Assembly: GCF_006345805.1 (NCBI RefSeq)
Contig: NW_021823947.1
Location: 1-20,772, forward strand
Reading direction: 5' to 3'
Source of the DNA: Octopus sinensis
Lineage: Eukaryota
DNA: 20,772 nt
A model generated the notes under the pieces. It ran no database searches. It saw nothing but the letters and a program-made list of their open reading frames with translations, and was not told the DNA's origin. Made by a program: the position numbers and the translations under genes. Positions within the stretch are counted from its first letter, which is position 1. Each line of letters starts with the position of its first letter. Positions 11,521-20,772 of the stretch are shown here, in pieces.

Positions 11521-12588
11521 TCTTTTTATTGGCCACAAGGGCTGACACACATGATTAGTAAACATAAAGGGACAAAACAAGACGAAAGGTTACAAAGGGT
11601 TTTGTCCGTTTTTGAAAAAATCCGAGTAAAAACTGTTTAACAACGAAAGATTATAACAATGAAAAAACTCCCAATAGGGGAGGCGCTTCGAAAGGTTCCT
11701 GGTGGAAAAAACCCATAAAAGCCAACGGGAGCCCCTTTCTCCTTTTATAAAACTTTTTTCAATCACAGGCGAAACCTGAGAATTGGTCCATTTATACTGG
11801 CCATTCTCGCACAATTCACCCACCTTTCAGAAAAGTTGCTATCGGACAGCACTCTCCTCTCTAACCTCATCTTCCTTTTCAAGTGAAACTTGAAAAAGTT
11901 GATGAGGCCTTGACCAAAAAGGAAAGTGTCTGACTTTAGCTCTTTCAAACGGGTCCACCATACAACTTCTTTCGCCACAGCCACTAGTTACAAGAAAACA
12001 GCCTCGCCCTCCTTGTTAAAGGAGGTCGGCGGGGCAATCTTCACTATGGATACGGCTGATAGCCGGATCCGTCCTACACGTGACAATAGCAGTTTGACAT
12101 AACCCATAGTTCAGCAATACTCGGGCACTGGACGAGTGCGTGCAGAACGGTTTCGTCGTCCTGGCAACATCTCGGGCAGGCCCGGCTGACGGCACTTCCG
12201 TGCCGGTAGAGTTTATCCCGTACAGGCAGAGACCCTCGGTAGCACTGCCAGGCGAGCGACCTCTGGAAATTATCCATTGGCCCCGGCCCGAAAGTCCTTC
12301 CGAACAGACCGCTCAGTTCGTTATCGTCAACGCCTAGAGTTTCCCTGAGAACGTCGTCGCATTTTTCCTCCACTAACCCTCTATAGAACGCTAGAGTGGA
12401 GCTGAAACCGATCGCATTGCCCGCCTGGCGGAGGGCGGAGAGAGCTTGACGGCACTCGAGGTGCCAAGCGCCCTTTATCGGTCTACGTTTGATCCAGGTC
12501 TGCAGCTCTGTCAAAGAGACGAACTGCGGAAAGTCGCGTCTGACAAAAGACGACCACACCTGTTCACCGTCTAGGAAACGCTTGAGAT
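11521..12588 (-). mobile_element. 5'-truncated Tx1/L1-like LINE 3' end (ORF2 C-terminus with zf-RVT-type zinc finger, 3' UTR)
   Basis: ORF 12559-12074 contains FQRSLAWQCYRGSLPVRDKL…CPRCCQDDETVLHALVQCP…LW (C-x2-C-x8-H-x4-C). It continues after frameshifts in 11984-11763 (VAKEVVWWTR…FFKFHLKRKMRLERR) and ends with AATAAAAAGA on the minus strand. The segment is GC-rich relative to its flanks. Confidence 0.92.
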
Positions 12589-12664
12589 GAAGAAGAAGAA
12601 GAAGAAGAGAAGAAGAAGAAGAAGAAGAAGAAGAAGAAGAAGAAGAAGAGAGAAGAAGAAGAAG
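12589..12664. repeat. (GAA)n microsatellite at the 5' junction of the Tx1-like LINE
   Basis: Direct reading. Confidence 0.97.
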
Positions 12665-13373
12665 ATCACACAGGGATCCTGTCTTAGGCCCTCCGCTCCA
12701 TACTCTAGCGAATTTGACGGGTTGATACTCTTAACTCATCTAATCTAGGCTTTACTACATACACACGCTATGACCAGCATTTTCAGGAGGTAACGTTAAA
12801 CGCGTCTGCCTCACTTTCTCCTTTGTGCGTAACTTGAAAAAGCGGAGGATAGCTGGTCGGAGAGAAAAATTGTCTTCAGGCTTGTTGATCATGTCCGCTA
12901 AACTGACGCATTTTCTTTTCAGCAGACAGACAAAAACTGCTGGGTAGTTCGCGCCAAGAAAAATGACGGGATTCCATAAGTCGCACAGTAAAAGTTCCCA
13001 AGAATTATGTAGCAATGGTATTTTTGATAACCGACAACCGATCGATATTTTTACCCCATACTGGTTAATTTTCTAGCTTTATAACATACCAACTTTTTGT
13101 CATTTACTGGCCTTATTTTCAATTCGTTTGTCATGATATCCATACAACCTGGCGAGACTTTGTATTCCTTTTCAATGGATGTCCGAGCAGACATTATATT
13201 TAATGGTGTTTTCCTAACTAGGTTGGTGGTGATGGAATTCCATACGTGCGCTAATTAATTGTATATAGCCCGCGTAAAGCCATTGTTGCGATGCATATTC
13301 AGCAGAAGGTAATACTTGTTCATACATACATCGACCCACTTACACAGCTCTCACACACATAAATATATGCATA

Positions 13374-13415
<42 letters not shown>

Positions 13416-13826
13416 TATATATATATGTGTGTGTGTCTGTGTGTCTGTGTGTGTGCATATATGTATGTATATATATATATATACCTGCATGTATTATACG
13501 CATATATGTATATGAATGAGTACATATGCTGCTATTAAACTTCATAACTAACACCCTTCCTCTATATCTGTTTGGCTGTCATATATCTTTTTTCTAACCT
13601 TCTTTCTTTACCCCCTCTCTTTCTCTCTCTCTCTCTCTCTATTTCTCTCTCTCTCTCTCTTTTCTTTCCCTTTCTGATCCTCTTCAGAGAAAAAAAAAAC
13701 TGCTCGTTATATATTTTTTGCATTATGAAATTCTCACAGCTATAACCTGGTGGGAAAAACCACGAAAGAAATAGTGAGGCTGCAAATTCTATGAGATTTT
13801 AATTGTCAGTGCGCGCAGTGTAGAAG

Positions 13827-13950
13827 ATATAATGGAATAACGAAGTAATTGTGGCCAGAAGGCCAGATATTGTCATTAGAGACTGTAAAACATATCGAGT
13901 GATCCTTGAAAATTTCGACCAAATGATGAATATACGATAAAAAGGAAACA
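13827..13950 (+). pseudogene. Isolated remnant of an RLE-type (R4/Dong-like) endonuclease domain
   Basis: One frame reads I*WNNEVIVARRPDIVIRDCKTYRVIL, matching the ILWD…VIxARRPDIV motif. Confidence 0.5.
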
Positions 13951-15622
13951 AATGAGATCATGGCGCGTATAAACACACGCATACACACATAGAACGTGTG
14001 TGTGCCTTTATACTTAGATACATTCATCTATACTTTTAAGTATATGTATGATACATTAATGTTATATATAATGAGTTTATAAATATTCACAGACATACAT
14101 TTATGCATGTATGTCTATACATACACACACATATTGTGTTTTTATGTGTGTGGGTGTAAGAGATAATATAGTACCGTTATGCCTAAGCGATATATATATA
14201 TATATAATGTATATATATAAGTATATGTATATGTGTGTGTGTGCGCGTGTGCTTTTAGATAGTGTGAACATGCGTGTGAACCGAGAGATTTCTCACTTGC
14301 GACATCATATTTATATTCTACCTGAAAAAAAATTGCAAAGAGAACTAAAAGTCTGTTTTGTTACCTACGGCGTCTAACTACAGTTAAATGAAGATATAGT
14401 AGATAATTGCTAAGTTTTATTGTGTGCAGTATGGTACAAGGAAACCCAAAGGCCCAGTCTTAAGTGATATGGTAAATCCAAGAGCAATGACAAAAGCAAA
14501 TATAAAAATTAGTCAGTATTTATTTAGCCATAAGGCCAACATAGGCACAATCAATACAATGGCATAGAAATATATTTGGAACTTACGTTTATGAAATATA
14601 AAACGTCAGATTCTAAGATTTACAGATTTGTTGCAGAAATATACAACAATATAAAACGGACATATAAATACACAAAGCTTCTTGAGGAATACCATTTGCA
14701 AACATATATAAGTATATATATACAAAATTATGTCGATGTACGCTTACATGTATGTATTCATGTAAATATATAGAGACGTTTATGAGTGTGTATAATAAAA
14801 TAAATATATGACTGGAAAATGTGTAATTGGTTTCAAATTTTGGCATAAGGGCAGCAATTTTAGGATCCGAAAGAATCAGATATTTAAATAGTAAAAGTAC
14901 AAAGGTAGAATCGGGGATAGCGTACCTGTTTAAAAAAAACTGTGTACACGCATATACGTACTTACTAAAGTAAATATAGATTTGTCCTTCCAGGCATGCA
15001 TTCATTCACAGATATTAACTGAATGCACAGTGAGTCATTAAGTCATACAGGGGTTTTTCACAGTCGACTACAGAATCCAGATTCAAGCGAATGGAAGGTT
15101 CCGAGTTAGCTGAAGAATAAACAATAACATGGATGGGTTATTTTTGTTTGTGTTGATACATATCCATATGTAAACAGATCTGCGTTGTTTATCTATACAG
15201 TATACGAAAATGTGCTTCCTTGCGGCTCTAAAGGTTTTTGTAAATCTTATTTCTAGCAATGTAAATGCTACCCTGTACCCTTAGTCAGAATTAGTGACAA
15301 TTGAATGTTTCAGTTTTGGTTTTATAATGCGTATAATCGCCTTCGTTATTGTGCGTATATATGCATGTGTGTGTATAAATATGATTAAAGAAGAATGGGT
15401 GAGTTGGTAAGGATATGAAATTAATCTATTAACATGGTGTCAAATAAAGCCTACGAACGTTTCAATTCAGTCCAATATATAACCGTAAATTCAATGATTG
15501 GAATAAATCCGAAGATTAAAATAAAATATCATTTTGAATGATATTGGGCAGAATCTCATCAAGGCTAATGTATGATAGAAAGAGTTACATGTTGATGGAT
15601 TGGATCTTATCAATAGACTCTA

Positions 15623-15668
<46 letters not shown>

Positions 15669-16179
15669 ATATATATATATATATATAATATATATATATA
15701 GGTGTGTGTGTGTGTGTATGTGGTGTGTGTTGTTGTATACACACATACATACACACACGCAAACACTCACTCTCTTTCTCTCTGTCACTCCCTCTTTCTC
15801 TCTCTCATTCACACACACACTCACACATACACACAATCACACACAAGTACACTCATGTTCCAGAAATACCGGAAAAATATTTTGATGCAAATTTCGCTAT
15901 GGGTGTTCAGTGAATTGTACATGATGTAAATAAAAAACAACCTGTATATTTTAGTTACTTTACATATCTTAATTTCCACATTGCTATTTGCAATATAGAC
16001 ATAGAAAGTCTATTTGAACTGTGTTCAACCTATGTGAATATTCTCAGTGCTAAATTTTCATCTTAATTCGTCTGAAGAAAACGGTGTTTTTACATGATGT
16101 AATATTTTTGTTCATCAATTAATAACTCGCCTGAAAAAGCTGTAGCGAACCTCATCCCATTTGTATTATTTTTTATACA

Positions 16180-16221
<42 letters not shown>

Positions 16222-16579
16222 GTGAGAGACAGAAAGAAAGAGAGGAGAGAGTGAGAGTTATAAGAAAAAGGGATTAAAACATCTTGGCAGATATCAATAT
16301 AGCAACCAGTTTAGATAGAATTTGGTTAACAGTATTTGAACGATTAGACACCAGTAAATGTAAGTAGAATACAGATCCCAGGTAAATCTTCATGTATGAC
16401 AAGTAACTCCAAATATCCTATGGCAGAATTTCGAAGAATTCAGAGTATTTGACAACAAAAAATTCGTATAGAGAAAACCACATATTTATAATTGATCTCA
16501 CCTTATGAAGCCAACAATTGTTTTTGTTCTATTAACACACACCACACACACGCACACACATACACACACACACACACAC

Positions 16580-16610
<31 letters not shown>

Positions 16611-17135
16611 TACACACACTCACACACATACACACACTCACACACAAAGAATATATCATTAAAATGAATATTTATATTTCCGAAAAATATGTTAGCACAA
16701 CTTTATCAAGACGAGTCAAAGATAGTCAACATTTTGTTATAACTCTCATGAAAATTCAATAAAATTAATTCAGAAGTAACTATATAATACATTTCTTCCA
16801 GGCGAAGATCTCACGTAGAATTACCAATATTGTACAATGGTGCATTACTAATAATAAACCATTTTAAATCATACTTAATGTTCCTATCTTTTAAATCCAA
16901 AATGCGTTTGCTAAGATTCGTAGAATTTCATTTTCTTTACTTAAATGAATAAGAATGATTATGAAATCTAGATTTCCAAATTGGAGCAGCTGAACCATTG
17001 TAATAATACGTAATATTTCTTGTTATTACTTTACACTGATAGTCTATATTTTCCCTTAAACACTTATCTGTAAGGGGCATACAATTTTGATTTTACAATT
17101 ACACAGGCATATATTCATTTGTATTATGCATGTAA

Positions 17136-17196
<61 letters not shown>

Positions 17197-17380
17197 TATG
17201 TATACATGTATAATGTACAGTTTCGTGATATAAAATTTAAAGAAAAAATACTTCCGCGTTTTCTATATGCTGCCTTCTCACATTCCTCGCGTTGCTTCTC
17301 TTATTAAATTTTTATCGTCAGTTATATGTGGTTTGAGACTGATGAATATGTCTGAGATATTTCTCAGCATATGAAACTAT

Positions 17381-17418
<38 letters not shown>

Positions 17419-17744
17419 TTGCATCCAATGACATACTGGCTTAATACCTGGTATTTCTGAAGAATGATGTTCCTTTAAAACAATAGGTATATATCAAACG
17501 TATAGTTTATATCCATTTAAAGGAAGAAAAGTATATGTAGATGACGAAATTAATGATTGTTTATTATTAGCAAATTAGTAATAATAAACAATTATTAACA
17601 TCCATATTTCCATTTTTCTTTCTTCTTTTAAATGCGTATAAACTGAATTGCTATATATATGCATATAAATAGATATACATACAAACATATATCCATATAT
17701 ACATATATATATAAGATCACAACCATACATGTACACTGCAACTA

Positions 17745-18080
17745 ATTTTCTTTTCCTCAACAGGCCCTGCCTATTTAACATTGTCCCGAGGAGATCAAAG
17801 AGGAAAAGGATCCCATCAACTTTAAACAGAGTCTGGATAGATTCCTTCAAAGAATACCAGATAAGCCATCCATATTGGATACAACTCACCCAACAGAACT
17901 CACTACTTGAACAAAACTGGATACAACTCACCCAACAAGAACTCACTACTTGAACAAAACTTGACTTAACAAAAACTTGACTTAACCAGGATTCGAATAA
18001 TCCTATCAAGTGGTGCTATTAAGTTAGACATGGCCTGAGACCAATCTTTGGTCGAAACATATCTAAGTTTATCTAAGTTT
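17745..18080 (+). mobile_element. 3' end of a CR1/L2/Crack-group LINE
   Basis: Across frameshifts it reads FSSTGPA-LFNIVP-EIKEEKDPINFKQSLDRFLQRIPDKPSI-GYNSPNKNSLLEQ, typical of the GPxLFNxLP…FKxxLDxFLxxIPDxP C-terminus. A 3' stem-loop and an (ATCTAAGTTT)2 tail follow. Confidence 0.75.
17876..17960 (+). repeat. Tandem duplication of 42/43 bp inside the LINE remnant
   Basis: 17876-17917 and 17918-17960 differ by one inserted A. Confidence 0.97.
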
Positions 18081-18121
18081 ATATATATATATATATCTAT
18101 ATTATATATATATATATAATA

Positions 18122-18171
<50 letters not shown>
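18081..18171. repeat. (AT)n microsatellite
   Basis: Direct reading. Similar tracts lie at 15623-15700, 16182-16217, 17384-17416, 18345-18400, 18857-18916 and 20588-20648. Confidence 0.95.
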
Positions 18172-18174
<3 letters not shown>

Positions 18175-18359
18175 TCTCCCTTGTCAGTCATCATATGCGC
18201 ACTACACTGTGGTTAAGAGTTGTTCTGACTCTTATTTCTAACAATATTGTGTTTGAATAGTACCCTTAGCACCACCTAGTGACGTCTATTCTTGTGTCTT
18301 TTGGTTGTAAATTGCGAATAAACCACCTTAAGATACATACGTACATATATATATACATA

Positions 18360-18393
<34 letters not shown>

Positions 18394-18690
18394 TATATAA
18401 TAATACGTTACCTTTCTCTCACAGTATCCGTATGTCTTTTTTAATGCAAGCAGTGAATCTGATTCCTGTTTAGGCTGAACTATATGAAAGATGGCTAAAC
18501 CGGAAATCGAACATACATAGGTGATTTGGCCTGTCGACAATTTTAAACCATTCTAAATTGCTTGCGCATACACATCCGCTTACAGATTTAGTAAGACTCT
18601 TCTGTACTCACTGCATACACGCTCTGGTGTGATATTTATGTATATGTGTTATTGTGTACGTATGTATGTGTGTAAGTATGTATGTATGTA

Positions 18691-18725
<35 letters not shown>

Positions 18726-18855
18726 ATGCATGCATGTATGTATGCGTGTGTGTGTGTATAAATATACATATTTATAATTATTTTATATATTCATATAGGG
18801 TAAAATCATAATAAATTTACCAGATGATCAGTGCAGAAAATGTAACTATGAGGTT

Positions 18856-18894
<39 letters not shown>

Positions 18895-18923
18895 ATATAT
18901 ATATATATGTATATATAATCTGA

Positions 18924-19131
18924 TTCTTTATTGTGCCCAAGGGGCTAACATAGAGGAGACAAACGGATTAGTCGATTACATCGACCCCAGTGCGTAACTG
19001 GTACTGATTTATCGACCCCGAAAGGTGAAAGGCAAAGTCGACCTCGGCGGAATTTGAACTCAGAACGCAACGACAGACGCAATACCGCTAAGCATTTCGC
19101 CCGGTGTGCTAACGTTTCTGCCAGCTCGCCT
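18924..19131 (-). mobile_element. Full-length tRNA-derived SINE family B (tail variant 2)
   Basis: Minus-strand head GGCGAGCTGGCAGAAACGTTAG and B-box GAGTTCAAATTCC; body aligns with 7736-7895. Confidence 0.92.
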
Positions 19132-19154
19132 TATATATATATATATATATATAT

Positions 19155-19530
19155 CAGCAGCTTGCATACCAACCACTTTGTTCCGGGTTCAGTCTCACTG
19201 CCTCGTACCTTGGGCAAGTGTCTTCTGCTATAGTCTCGGGACCCACCAAAGCCTTGAGTGGAATTGGTAGACGGAAACTGAAAAGAGTTCCTCGTATATG
19301 TATATGTGTGTGCGCGTGTGTGTGTATATACATGTCTGTGTATGTGTTTGTTCCCCCTCCCCCATCGCTTGACAACTGATGTTGGTGTGTTTACGTCCCC
19401 GTAAACTAGCGGTTCGGCAAATAGAGCGATAGAATGAGTACTCGGTTTACAAAGAATAATTTGTTCCACTAAAGGCGGTGCTCCAGCATGGCCGCAGTCA
19501 AATGACTGAAACAAATAAAAGAATAAAAGA
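19155..19530 (+). mobile_element. SINE family A, head-truncated
   Basis: B-box GGGTTCAGTC, then ttgggcaagtgtcttct…ggtagacggaaactgaa, an internal (GT/AT)n tract, and the tail gtgctccagcatggccgcagtcaaatgactgaaac. Confidence 0.92.
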
Positions 19531-19567
19531 ATATATATATAATGCTTCCGACTAAATGGTTTCTATA

Positions 19568-19960
19568 TCAGTCCCACTGCGTGGCAACTTGGGCAAGTGT
19601 CTTCTACTATAGCCTTAGCCAGACCAAAACCTTCTGAGTGGATTTGGTACACGGAAACTAAAAGAAGCCAGTCGTATATATAACTATATGTCTGTGTGTG
19701 TGTGTGTGTGTGTCCACTCGTGCGCATGCGTGTATGCGTTTGCATGTGTGACAATTGGGTTTCTGTCCGCCACTACAACTTAACAATCGGTATTTTTGAG
19801 CTTACTTTCCAGTACATTACCGATTCGTCAAAGAGACCGATAGATTTAATGCCAAGCTTTAAAAAATGACTTCTTGAGTGATTCTTTCGGCTGAAATTCT
19901 TTGTAGCAGTGCTCCAGCATGACTGCCGTTGGATGATTAAAATATGTAAAAAAAAGGAAA
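19568..19960 (+). mobile_element. SINE family A, second tandem copy with a more diverged tail
   Basis: cagtcccactgcgtggcaacttgggcaagtgtcttctactatagcc…(GT)n…gtgctccagcatgactgc. Confidence 0.85.
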
Positions 19961-20069
19961 AAAACATAAAAGATACGCACACACAATCACACACATGTAT
20001 GCGTGTAATATAACGTATATGCATATATATTTGCATACAAACATATATACATATATACGTGCATATTCT

Positions 20070-20451
20070 TTTATTCTTTCATTTGTTTCCGTCAGTTGAC
20101 TGCAGCCATGCATTTAGTCGAACAAATCGAACCCAAGACTTATTCTTGGTAAGCCTAGTACTTATTTATCGGTCTCTTTTTGCCGAACCGTTAACTTATA
20201 GGGACGTAAACACACTTACATCGGTTGTCAATCGATGGTAGTGGGAGAAACAGGCACACAAGCATATACATAAAAATACACATACACACATATATATATA
20301 CGACAGACTTCTTTCAGTTTCCTCCTACCAAATCCACTCACAAGGCTTTGGTCGGCCCGAGGCTATAACAGAAGACACTTGCCCAATGTGCCATGAAGTG
20401 GGACTGAACCCGCAACCATGTGATATTGGTAAGCCAGCTACTTACCACACA
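20070..20451 (-). mobile_element. Near full-length SINE family A, inverted relative to 19155-19960
   Basis: Reverse complement aligns with 19155-19530 in both head and tail; minus-strand B-box GGGTTCAGTCCC. Confidence 0.92.
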
Positions 20452-20603
20452 TTCTACACACACACACACGCACACACAACACACGCACGCACTTACACAC
20501 ACACATAAATGCAGGGTTACAAATACATTTATAATAAAATCAGAGATATGTATTCAATTCATTACATGCATATATATAATAATGGTAATCTACATAATGG
20601 CAG

Positions 20604-20660
<57 letters not shown>

Positions 20661-20772
20661 ATATTGATATATATGCATACATGTATGTATGTTTATGCAT
20701 ATAGGTATGTATGTTTTATTAATATATGCATCTATGTACACTTGCGCGAGCATACATCCATACACACAAAAT

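Noticed and set aside
14581-14612. Strong minus-strand donor (GTAAGT) at 14586-14581
   Set aside because: No upstream acceptor gives an open frame compatible with the 15049-15109 candidate.
16333-16359. 27-nt symmetric microexon candidate (FERLDTSK) with a perfect GTAAGT donor
   Set aside because: The acceptor lacks a pyrimidine tract and the peptide is too short to assign; the EF-hand resemblance is not supportable.
17876-17986. Direct repeats suggestive of a CRISPR-like array
   Set aside because: There are only two adjacent copies with no spacers, inside a eukaryotic LINE remnant.
18024-18066. Hammerhead-like CCTGAGACC…GGTCGAAAC
   Set aside because: It lacks a complete CUGANGA box in register and a proper stem III. 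A LINE 3'-recognition hairpin explains it better.

Overview
AT-rich, microsatellite-dense animal DNA. It is most likely intronic or intergenic octopus (coleoid cephalopod) sequence; this is inferred from recognisable SINE and LINE families, not from a search. No intact host CDS can be supported, and almost all ORFs in the supplied track are translations of (AT)n, (GT)n, (ATGT)n or (AAT)n repeats. The only clear protein homology is in decayed, 5'-truncated non-LTR retrotransposons: an R4/Dong-like RLE LINE (10370-11365, +), a Tx1/L1-like LINE (11521-12588, -), a CR1/L2/Crack-like 3' end (17745-18080, +) and two small RLE-type remnants. The rest is at least four tRNA-derived SINE families plus a ~550-bp non-coding element flanked by (AAT)n. 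The best leads are: (1) a tRNA-headed SINE whose tail carries a Penelope-type minimal hammerhead ribozyme, (2) a SINE sharing its 3' end with the Tx1/L1-like LINE, (3) tail swapping among SINEs, (4) a nest of (AAT)n-associated elements, and (5) inverted SINE pairs that could form ADAR substrates.
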